Source: a virus
IMG/VR virus record: IMGVR_UViG_3300035698_020047
Location: 1-64,000 of that record
Reading direction: 5' to 3' (one strand)
DNA: 64,000 nt
The notes under the pieces were generated by a model, which saw only the letters and a list, made by a program, of their open reading frames with translations, was not told the DNA's origin and did no database searches. This document shows positions 55,448 through 63,429 of the stretch, one piece after another. The translations under genes were made by a program, and so were the position numbers. The stretch's first letter is position 1. Every line of letters starts with the position of its first letter.

Positions 55448-56992
55448 ATGGGTAACCATGTTAAGACACTTACGGAAGACAAAGACCCCCACGCACAAGC
55501 AGTTCTGACGGAAGGGCGCAAGAATCAAGATGTAAAGCGATGGGCACCTGTCCTGTCGAAGTGCAAAGAGATTCCGCGCAAGAAGTTGGGCCTGATGGCT
55601 TCGCTGCTTGAAAACCAGCACAAAGCCTGGGACCCGAAGAGCAGAACAGTTCTGTTTGAAGATATCACCACGACCGGTAACGTGGCTGATTTCACTCGTT
55701 TCGCATTACCGCTTATCCGCAAGAGCTATGCTCGCCTTATCGCGGATAACCTCGTTGGCGTTCAGCCGATGAGTCAGCCAGCTAGCCTGATTTTCTACAT
55801 CAGGTATCGTTACGCCCTGTCGAAGGGTCAGACGGTTGCTGGAACGCAGATCATGCGTCAAAATACCAGCCAGGCATTTGCCAAGCAGAATGGCTGGGCA
55901 CTCGACCCGTACTACAGCTCCCAGATGGTCCGCGATGAGGACCTGACAGAAGCTCCGACGTCTGATGGTATCACGATTACTGGTACTCTTCAGCATCGTC
56001 CGATTCTGGCTGGTACAGTTGTAGTTAACCTGTTCGAAGCTGACCAGGTCAATCAGGATTGTGATAACGCAGTCCCGCTATGTCAGGTCACGTTCGACGC
56101 TGCTGGTGCAGTTGACATCGTCATCTGCCGCGACGATACCGATATTACTTCGGGCTTCGCGGTTGACACCACCCTCAGCGAGTTTGATAGCTCAGACGGT
56201 TCGGTTACCGTCGTTTTCACCGGTGCTCCCCCTGCCGGTGCATTCGCAAGAGCCAACTACGAGTACGACCTGGAAGCCAACCCCTTCCAGCCTGAGCTAA
56301 CCCTCAGCATCGACAGCGACTCCGTTGCTGCCGTTACTCGTAAGCTGAAGACCTCCTGGTCCCTGGAAGCCGCTCAGGACTTGAAAGCGGTTCATAACAT
56401 CGACGCCGAGTCTACCCTAACTGACTTGATGGCCGATGAAATGGTTGCAGAAATCGATCGTGAAATCATAAATGATTTGATTATCGCTGCTGCAATCCGT
56501 GCAACGCACAACTTTGCAACGGCTGCTGGTGCTTCGGTCAACTTCACTGACCGCAACATCGCACTGCTCTACAAGGTGCTTGAAGTCGCGAACATCATCC
56601 ACCGCACCACACTCCGTGGCCCGGCGAACTGGATGGTCACCTCGGCCGATATTAGCTCCAAGTTCGAGCAGCTGAATGATTTCCGTGGTTCGGATGCGTT
56701 TGTCGACGAAGGTCTCGACATCGGCATCATGAATGCTGGAACCATTCAGGGCAAGATGCACCTGTACAAGGATCCGCTATTCCCGAATTGCAAGATCCTG
56801 CTGGGCTACAAGGGTAACTCCGTCCTGGACGCTGGTTACTTCTACGCTCCGTACATCCCGCTTCTTTCGACTCCTACCGTACTTGATCCTAACTCCTTTA
56901 CTCCGAACAAGGGAATTATGACACGTTACGGCAAGAAGATGATTGAAGATGGCGGCCTGTACTATGGCGTTATAAACGTGAGTAACTTGTAA
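55448..56992 (+). CDS. major capsid protein (T4 gp23-like)
   Basis: KRWAPVL, LLENQ, GVQPM, TRKLK..WSLE.AQDLKAVH.IDAE, EIDREII, YAPYIPL, DPNSF.P.KGIMTRYG. Confidence 0.97.
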   Translation: MGNHVKTLTEDKDPHAQAVLTEGRKNQDVKRWAPVLSKCKEIPRKKLGLMASLLENQHKAWDPKSRTVLFEDITTTGNVADFTRFALPLIRKSYARLIADNLVGVQPMSQPASLIFYIRYRYALSKGQTVAGTQIMRQNTSQAFAKQNGWALDPYYSSQMVRDEDLTEAPTSDGITITGTLQHRPILAGTVVVNLFEADQVNQDCDNAVPLCQVTFDAAGAVDIVICRDDTDITSGFAVDTTLSEFDSSDGSVTVVFTGAPPAGAFARANYEYDLEANPFQPELTLSIDSDSVAAVTRKLKTSWSLEAAQDLKAVHNIDAESTLTDLMADEMVAEIDREIINDLIIAAAIRATHNFATAAGASVNFTDRNIALLYKVLEVANIIHRTTLRGPANWMVTSADISSKFEQLNDFRGSDAFVDEGLDIGIMNAGTIQGKMHLYKDPLFPNCKILLGYKGNSVLDAGYFYAPYIPLLSTPTVLDPNSFTPNKGIMTRYGKKMIEDGGLYYGVINVSNL

Positions 56993-57031
56993 TAGAGTCT
57001 CTCGTCTTTAACCAGTAGTAAGCAGAAAATT

Positions 57032-57065
57032 AAGAGGCCCGGCAGGAATGTCGGGCTTCTTTTTT
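57032..57065 (+). terminator. intrinsic terminator after MCP
   Basis: AAGAGGCCCGGCA-ggaa-TGTCGGGCTTCTT then T-run. Confidence 0.85.
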
Positions 57066-57096
57066 GTATTTGTAGGGGACAGAAGGAGTTATTAGT

Positions 57097-57777
57097 ATGG
57101 CAAACCTAAAGAAGCCTACCATATGTGAGTGCAACAGCACAGAATTCAAACACGAGTTCAGGCCAGAGAAGTGGGTATGTAAAGCATGCGACAAGGTTGG
57201 TGCCGAAAGACCACAACGCATAACTGGCGTGTGTCTCGATTGTGGTGCGAAGCGAGGTGAGAAACCCTTTGTTAAAAAGAAGAATTTATGTAAGGACTGT
57301 CTTGCAGCCAGGCAGTTAGTATACCGAGAGGAAAATGCTGATAAATTATTGGCATATCGTACAGAATATTTTAAGAATCTTGATAAGAAGGAACGATGGC
57401 AACGTGTTCGCAGGAGCATCCAGCGTAAGCCAGAATCATTCTTGCGTGACCAATTAACACATATCAAATCTCATTCGTTACGGCCACGTAAACAAGATAC
57501 TAAAGATCCGATTAAACGGGAGTATAATTTAGATATTGATTACGTAATGCAATTGTGGACCGCTCAGAATGGGATTTGTGCGTTGACTCATATTAAAATG
57601 ACGCACGAATTCAATAATATGCGGTCCGTCTCTATCGACCGCATAGATTCGTCCAAAGGCCACATAAGGGGCAACATCCAGCTTATCTGTATGAGCATCA
57701 ATCGCATGAAGAACAATCACACTCAGGCAGAGACTATGCAATTTGTAAGAGAGATACGTGAGCGTAATAACGATTAA
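57097..57777 (+). CDS. free-standing HNH-type (His-Me) endonuclease with N-terminal zinc fingers
   Basis: LW..QNGICALT, SIDRIDSSKGHIRGNIQLIC..INRMK; several CxxC upstream. Confidence 0.85.
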   Translation: MANLKKPTICECNSTEFKHEFRPEKWVCKACDKVGAERPQRITGVCLDCGAKRGEKPFVKKKNLCKDCLAARQLVYREENADKLLAYRTEYFKNLDKKERWQRVRRSIQRKPESFLRDQLTHIKSHSLRPRKQDTKDPIKREYNLDIDYVMQLWTAQNGICALTHIKMTHEFNNMRSVSIDRIDSSKGHIRGNIQLICMSINRMKNNHTQAETMQFVREIRERNND

Positions 57778-57829
57778 ACTGTGTTGTGTATTCAAAAGCG
57801 TAACATCCAAAAATCTTTAGGAGAACATA

Positions 57830-58351
57830 GTGAATATTTTAGATTATATGATAGACGCGCCTGACTTCCCCACGCCTGGTGTGGTCTTCAAGGATATGGC
57901 ACCTTTATTTAAGAGTATAGAAGCTCTCCGGTATATCACGAAAACGCTTGCTGACCCGTATCGTGAGAGTAACGTGGACCTTATAACCGGCATAGACGCA
58001 CGTGGGTTCATCTTCGGAGCGATGTTAGCTGATGAACTCGGCGTTGGATTCGTCCCGATTCGGAAGCCTGGCAAACTACCTGGGAAGACCATATCTGAGA
58101 GCTACGCATTGGAATATGGAACGGATTCTATTGAAATTCAAGCAGATGTGATTACGCCAGGGCAGAGGATATTGATGTGCGACGATGTGCTTGCTACTGG
58201 TGGTACTATGGAAGCTGCTTGTAAGTTGGTAAGAGAATTGGGCGGCGAGATTGTCGCTGCCGTGTTTGTTATGGAAATTGATTATCTCCCAGGTCGGGCG
58301 ACGATAGAGGCGCTAGGTGTGGAAATCTGCAGCGTTGAGCATTTAAATTGA
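57830..58351 (+). CDS. apt: adenine phosphoribosyltransferase
   Basis: PDFPTPGVVFKD, GIDARGFIFG, IRKPGKLPG, YALEYGTD, DDVLATGGT. Confidence 0.96.
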   Translation: MNILDYMIDAPDFPTPGVVFKDMAPLFKSIEALRYITKTLADPYRESNVDLITGIDARGFIFGAMLADELGVGFVPIRKPGKLPGKTISESYALEYGTDSIEIQADVITPGQRILMCDDVLATGGTMEAACKLVRELGGEIVAAVFVMEIDYLPGRATIEALGVEICSVEHLN

Positions 58352-58408
58352 AAGTCGCGATTACTTTATTCTATTTTATTCTAAATACAATTCCTTTAGG
58401 AGACGAAA

Positions 58409-58702
58409 ATGCCAACAGTAGAACAAGCCAATAAAATCATCAAGCAATGTGAAGATTCCATAACAATATCGCTGTCCAAGTCAGGTCGCAAAAGCAATCA
58501 CGGTGCAGGCGTGGATGAAATAAAAGGTGGGCTAGTGCCGACTAGCGAGCGGAGTGACCGTTTTTGGGAACCCCTTAAGGATTTTATCAGTCAGCATAAT
58601 CTAAAATTGGCTAGGGGCGGAGGTGGGGGTTATCAATTGACTGATGGCATATTGCATATTAATGACAGTACTGGTGTCGAATGGAAGTGCCGGGCGGAAT
58701 AA
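58409..58702 (+). CDS. hypothetical protein
   Basis: AGGAG RBS. Confidence 0.65.
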   Translation: MPTVEQANKIIKQCEDSITISLSKSGRKSNHGAGVDEIKGGLVPTSERSDRFWEPLKDFISQHNLKLARGGGGGYQLTDGILHINDSTGVEWKCRAE

Positions 58703-58753
58703 TACGCCGGGGTTTTGTATTTGAGTTTAGCACTAATATTTAAGGAGTCAAAA

Positions 58754-59104
58754 ATGGCAAGAACAGGCGAGTCTAAACCTTTAGAAGCAGTTTTCCAAGA
58801 GTCCACCCCCCAGCTGATTGGTAATATGATGAAGGCCGTCAAAGTCGATACTGGTGGAAAGGCAGAATTTTTAGCACTGGCTAAGAAATTAGCTTCGATG
58901 AAAAGTGTCGCTAAAATTGAGAAATTGCTCTACACTTTTGTAGATGAGAGGATGGCAGTAAGAAAGGATCAATGGAAGCGAGGCGAGCTAGTACAAATGC
59001 GTGCGAGTGCTAACGGCGTTCCCATTGCGTTTGTCGCTTTTTCGGAAAAGGTAGAAAAGCGGATTGCAAAGACTGTCGATGATCGTAATAAAGTCAGAAA
59101 ATGA
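58754..59104 (+). CDS. hypothetical protein
   Basis: AAGGAG RBS before MARTGE; GTATT at 58717. Confidence 0.7.
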   Translation: MARTGESKPLEAVFQESTPQLIGNMMKAVKVDTGGKAEFLALAKKLASMKSVAKIEKLLYTFVDERMAVRKDQWKRGELVQMRASANGVPIAFVAFSEKVEKRIAKTVDDRNKVRK

Positions 59105-59502
59105 CCTGGTACAAATTATCTGAATTTGGGACTACCGTTCTCGAAGTTCTGCAAGATGATTTTGAGCTGTACGAATTCGAAGACCAGTTAATAGTATACT
59201 CCGACGGATTGCACGCTCCTATTGCGACGAAGCATATTAAGCGGTTCGTTCGAGGGCGGATGGTGGGCGGCCATTGGGTGTCAGGGCATTATAAGTCCTC
59301 TTCTAGGCAATCTACTCACTGGGTTGACTCTTATAGAAGGGGCGGCTGGTGGCGGGAAGAGCATTGGGTGGACGAGATTAGCGATACATACGTCCCGCAT
59401 GTAAATTTCAGTGCCGGCGTCGGACCCGAGCCTTCTGAATTTGTTGATAAATCACAATTCGCCGAAATAATAGGCAGAATCGTGCTTGGAACCTGCGATT
59501 GA
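59101..59502 (+). CDS. hypothetical protein with G/H/W/V-rich repeats
   Basis: ATGA-coupled; GHWVSGHY, HWVDSY, EHWVDE. Confidence 0.65.
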   Translation: MTWYKLSEFGTTVLEVLQDDFELYEFEDQLIVYSDGLHAPIATKHIKRFVRGRMVGGHWVSGHYKSSSRQSTHWVDSYRRGGWWREEHWVDEISDTYVPHVNFSAGVGPEPSEFVDKSQFAEIIGRIVLGTCD

Positions 59503-59628
59503 CTCACCATTTCCTAGCCGCTCTCTCGCGTAACACGTCGATGCATGACACAGAACCTGAGCTATGAGTATATCGCACTGTCAATGGATACATATGCGTT
59601 AATAAAATAGTAGATAATTGGAGCAGCT

Positions 59629-60174
59629 ATGTCAGTAGACTACCAACATAATGTAATAATCGGTTTCCGCGTCGACGGGGATTTGCTTTTCGATGAGAAC
59701 ACTGGCTCTTATTGGTCTTGTGAACACGCGCAAGCACTTGTAGCCGCCGCCGCCGCCGCCGCCGCCGCCGCTAATGCTGCCTCAGCTACTACTTTCGACG
59801 CTGCATCAGGTACCTCACCTAAACACTGCCCTGAATGCGGCAACGAGGTTAAAGAATTTGAAGAAACCAACCAAGTTCTAAAGCCTGAGCTTACGGCGTT
59901 GCTTGCTGACGAAGAGGAATGGTATGATGGGGTTTGGGAGGGAGACCTAAATGGGACAGTGATTCGGTTAGTGCGATATTGGGTAAACAGCGATACGTTG
60001 TATTTTGTTGGGTTTGAAATCACTTCGGGCTGTGACCGCGACGATCTTGGCATTCAACGTGAGGATGTTCCTCAAATCCCAAGTGAATCTGATATGGCAA
60101 TATTCCTGGCGAATCAAGGAATCCCGTTCGACTCTGATACATGGGGCATGTGGAAGATTGGAACAGCTTCATAG
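59629..60174 (+). CDS. zinc-ribbon protein containing a poly-Ala tract
   Basis: CEH...HCPECG; GGAG RBS. Confidence 0.7.
   Translation: MSVDYQHNVIIGFRVDGDLLFDENTGSYWSCEHAQALVAAAAAAAAAANAASATTFDAASGTSPKHCPECGNEVKEFEETNQVLKPELTALLADEEEWYDGVWEGDLNGTVIRLVRYWVNSDTLYFVGFEITSGCDRDDLGIQREDVPQIPSESDMAIFLANQGIPFDSDTWGMWKIGTAS
59743..59769 (+). repeat. (GCC)9 trinucleotide microsatellite
   Basis: Nine exact GCC codons. Confidence 0.9.
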
Positions 60175-60388
60175 AATACATGAAGGCGACATTATCTGGC
60201 TTGATATGGGTTTTGGCGCATATGACATTCGCAGGATTGGCATTGTTCTGGCCAATCGTAAATCACCCATACCAATGGTAGCGCAGTCTAAATGGGCGGA
60301 GGAGATCGCCAAGGTCAAATGGCTGGATTCGGACACTGTGGAGGAATACATGTCGGTATATCTTGTGCTTTATTGTAGAGAAGAATAA
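60158..60388 (+). CDS. small SH3/KOW-like protein, paralog A (start uncertain)
   Basis: GDIIWLD..IGIV..W.EEIAKVKW..Y..LVLYCRE. Confidence 0.6.
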   Translation: MEQLHRIHEGDIIWLDMGFGAYDIRRIGIVLANRKSPIPMVAQSKWAEEIAKVKWLDSDTVEEYMSVYLVLYCREE

Positions 60389-60651
60389 TGCTAACTAACT
60401 CCAAAACAAACAGAGCATGTGTTGGTGATATCGTCATGCTCGATCATGTAGAGCAATGCCTGGAGCGATGGCGGTCTACGAGGGGGGTTGGTATTATTGT
60501 CAGTACTAGGCTAGATTATCCTCTAAAGCGTCGGGGCAAGTTACCTGATTGGATAGACGAGATTGCTAGAGTTAGGTGGGTTTCAAGCAGCGGGGCTCAT
60601 ATTACTGCTGATTATAAGACTAGCAGCCTCTTGCTTTATTGTAGGGATTAG
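60388..60651 (+). CDS. small SH3/KOW-like protein, paralog B
   Basis: GDIVMLD..VGII..W.DEIARVRW..Y..LLLYCRD. Confidence 0.65.
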   Translation: MLTNSKTNRACVGDIVMLDHVEQCLERWRSTRGVGIIVSTRLDYPLKRRGKLPDWIDEIARVRWVSSSGAHITADYKTSSLLLYCRD

Positions 60652-60665
60652 GTCAAAGATAGGGC

Positions 60666-61261
60666 ATGCTAGTAAGCGATAAATTAAAAATTATATTCTC
60701 ACATATCCCTAAATCAGGTGGAGGGGCGTTCAGGTCCGCTATGATAGCGGCAGGCTCAGCTAAGGTGGTTGGGAGACACCACGACAAATTCAGTGATGAG
60801 GTTATAGAGAAGCATCCAACATACCGCCGGGTAATTATAGTTCGTAACTCATATGAAATGGCGGTGTCTAATTACAGGCAGTATCTTACGAGATGTTATG
60901 CTGATGGCACACGTGCTCCGAAGGCTGACAAGGCACATAGGAGTTATTTCAATGGGCTAAATGCCAAGCAGCAGGCTAAACATCTGAGGGTAGCCAGCAA
61001 GAAGCACCCATTTAAAGAACACGCTGATAGGCTATGGCCTGCATTGGCTCAACAAAATACGCCGAGCGTGCTACGCATATTTTGTATTATAACAAATTAA
61101 AAGGGGAAACACATAGCTTTGATAAGAGGCTAACCATAAAGAAGAGGGTTCATTATTATGGGAAGTACAACTGGCGTAACTTTTATGATGATGAGACCAG
61201 AGAATTAGTAGCAGAACGCTGCGCCAAAGACATTGAAAGATTTGGCTGGAGCTTTGCATAA
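60666..61261 (+). pseudogene. sulfotransferase family 2-like gene split by a frameshift
   Basis: FSHIPKSGG and VRNSYE.AVS.Y in 60666-61100; WRNFYDDETRELV.ER.AKDIERFGW.F in 61034-61261. Confidence 0.75.
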
Positions 61262-61262
61262 T

Positions 61263-61874
61263 CTATTTATTTAGTATTATCTTGTAGCACAGGTCGTCGC
61301 TCACCATCACTTCTGGCTTCAACATAATGCCACCAAAGGTGTAAGTTCCCACAATTTTGAAGTTGAATATTGGAACACGCCCTCTAACGATCACATACCG
61401 GCTGTGGTATACCCTGTTGACGTTTATATATAATGGCTTTTGGGTGGGCTGCGTCTTCACTTCGAGGTCTATGTTAAGGCCGGTCCAGGCTTTTGGCCAG
61501 TCTCGGCCCGCGTTGCCGCCATTGGGGCCGTAGACAGCCACCGACTCCTGCCACAGCATAAGTTCTTTGTCTGGAACGTTGAACACCATACCAACATGAA
61601 GCTCGCCCATTATGGACGATGGATGGTCAATTTCATTCCATTTATTAGCCTGACCCATGGTAGTATGGTGTATCCTGTCATAAGTACACGCATTCAACCA
61701 CAATATTGTGTATTCTAAATCTTTGTATTTAGGATGGTTATACCAATCTCGAAATCCATGGTTTAATAATGTATCAAATAAGAAACGCCTTAATTTGCCT
61801 GCAGGTAGGTTATATTTCTTTATTTCTTTAAACTTGCGCCGAGCAATAGCAAGCATTTCTGAGGTTATGACCAT
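61263..61874 (-). CDS. hypothetical protein
   Basis: 203-aa ORF with GTATT-N8-ATG start context. Confidence 0.7.
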   Translation of the reverse strand: MVITSEMLAIARRKFKEIKKYNLPAGKLRRFLFDTLLNHGFRDWYNHPKYKDLEYTILWLNACTYDRIHHTTMGQANKWNEIDHPSSIMGELHVGMVFNVPDKELMLWQESVAVYGPNGGNAGRDWPKAWTGLNIDLEVKTQPTQKPLYINVNRVYHSRYVIVRGRVPIFNFKIVGTYTFGGIMLKPEVMVSDDLCYKIILNK

Positions 61875-61956
61875 GCATCAAAAATACGCGTGTAGCAGTA
61901 GGAATTGCCCAGCCTGGCGCTGTGTCGCATTGTACCTTTTAGGAGAGCTAAGCTAA

Positions 61957-62073
61957 ATGAGATGGAAAGCTAAGAAGAGACCACAACGTGGTGATAATCG
62001 CACCATAACCAAATTTTTATTTATCCCCCTCGATACGTCAGGAACGTGTGAGATATGGATTGTGGGCGGATAG
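61957..62073 (+). CDS. small hypothetical protein, possibly truncated
   Basis: AGGAG upstream; MRWKAKKRPQRGDNRTITKFLFIP read by hand. Confidence 0.4.
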   Translation: MRWKAKKRPQRGDNRTITKFLFIPLDTSGTCEIWIVGG

Positions 62074-62202
62074 AACATGGGCCGATGCCACTTGAACAAG
62101 GAATGATTAAAATGCTAGCTTGTCCACATTGTGTATCAACGATAATTATCGCCGTCGCTGCCTCAGGTGGCGCCATGTGGGGTGTAATTAGATCTGGGAT
62201 AA

Positions 62203-62541
62203 TTGGTAGCTTCATTAGGAAACTCAGGAGGAAGCGTTGAATTGGCTACAATTCTTAAAATTGTCGGCGTCAAGGATGGTAGAATATGCGAGATGGTCGA
62301 ACCATCTGAGACAGCGTGGTTTCTTATTATGCTGGACTGGGGAGGCAGTATCGATGGCGGCGCGTCATCTCGCCTGCGGCTAACTAATGGGGTTGATTTC
62401 TTCAAATTCAGGCGAGACAAATATTTCGTGAGCTTAGCGGAAGCGATGCTAGATATCTATCAGATGCATGGCATCCAATTATGGCTTCCTGATGAGGAGG
62501 TGGGGGGAGCAAATTCCGCATTGGGAGGTAGACGAGAGTGA
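62203..62541 (+). CDS. hypothetical protein (start uncertain)
   Basis: 112-aa ORF; internal AGGAGG suggests a later start. Confidence 0.5.
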   Translation: MVASLGNSGGSVELATILKIVGVKDGRICEMVEPSETAWFLIMLDWGGSIDGGASSRLRLTNGVDFFKFRRDKYFVSLAEAMLDIYQMHGIQLWLPDEEVGGANSALGGRRE

Positions 62542-62564
62542 AAGATACATAGTTAATAATCTTA

Positions 62565-62843
62565 TCAAAAATTATGTTGCAAGTCTGAATCTGACTGAAT
62601 AAAAGGGTTTGAATAACCACTTCGATGCAATTCGCTGACCATCGCCCAGTGGCCGAAATTGTGAACATAAGTGTTCCAAGAACTGAGCGTAGGGTTGTAT
62701 TTCACAGCCAATCTGCCAATAACAAATAATGCGGCAGAGTATATTTCTTCGGGGTCGTGGTACAGGGGTTCGCCAGCACAGCTCCATCTAAACCGAGTGG
62801 CTAGATCTTTCGCCGACAACAGGAAGTCAATGTCCGCATCCAT
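62565..62843 (-). CDS. sigma-70 region 2-only protein
   Basis: LATRF...DPEEIYSAALF.I.RLAVKYNP..SSWNTY.....HWAMVSELHR matches the sigma region 2 pattern. Confidence 0.6.
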   Translation of the reverse strand: MDADIDFLLSAKDLATRFRWSCAGEPLYHDPEEIYSAALFVIGRLAVKYNPTLSSWNTYVHNFGHWAMVSELHRSGYSNPFIQSDSDLQHNF

Positions 62844-62923
62844 CTTACCTTTATATTTATCGGATAATATTATTAATCCATTTTTATCCAGAAGTGATTA
62901 ACACGTTATGGGACTCGAAGTGG

Positions 62924-63232
62924 TTATGCTTCTTCGGCTTCTTCGGCTTCTTCGCGACCGTCTTCGACTGACGAATTGTGTGTGTCGTCTAGGTCCCCAA
63001 GTAGCTTCTCAAGCTCGCCGATATGGACTTCCTCTTCGCTGGCGATGTCAAGGACCATCTTTTTAACGGTGGCGTTGCTAGTTGCTTCTGCGATTTGCTC
63101 GTAAAGATTAACGGCGTCGAATTCGGCTTGGATCGCGCGGCGAATTAAGACTTTGTCTGAGTATGCTGCACTCTCAGGTACACCAGGGGCCGCCATTTCT
63201 TCTGCGATTATTTTTGGGGTATTGTAATCCAT
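62924..63232 (-). CDS. ferritin-like / rubrerythrin half-bundle protein (encapsulin-cargo type)
   Basis: IRRAIQAEFDAVNLYEQIAE.T.N..VKK..LDIASEEEVHIGELEKLL; ExxH motif. Confidence 0.85.
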   Translation of the reverse strand: MDYNTPKIIAEEMAAPGVPESAAYSDKVLIRRAIQAEFDAVNLYEQIAEATSNATVKKMVLDIASEEEVHIGELEKLLGDLDDTHNSSVEDGREEAEEAEEA

Positions 63233-63289
63233 TTCATTATTTTTGCCAGTTATAATTTCTATGCGCAGGCCAATGTCGCACGATCTGAT

Positions 63290-63421
63290 ATGAGTGAAAT
63301 GCCAAACATCCCCGAAGATCAACGAGCTGCACTTGTATTTATCGTCGAGCGACTTTTAAAGCACCCAGAGTTGATAGATGAACTCCGGGAACGTCTCGAA
63401 AGTGACGATCTGGTCGACTAA
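63290..63421 (+). CDS. small hypothetical protein (43 aa)
   Basis: MSEMPNIPEDQRAALVFIVERLLKHPELIDELRERLESDDLVD read by hand; ends 8 nt before next ATG. Confidence 0.5.
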   Translation: MSEMPNIPEDQRAALVFIVERLLKHPELIDELRERLESDDLVD

Positions 63422-63429
63422 GGTGGCTC

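Noticed and set aside
59503-59628. tRNA or structured ncRNA in the larger intergenic gaps
   Set aside because: No cloverleaf, T-loop GTTC motif or strong stem found by eye
63335-63339. GTATT as promoter for the capsid-fragment gene
   Set aside because: Lies inside a probable 43-aa ORF and 90 nt from the ATG; could be chance
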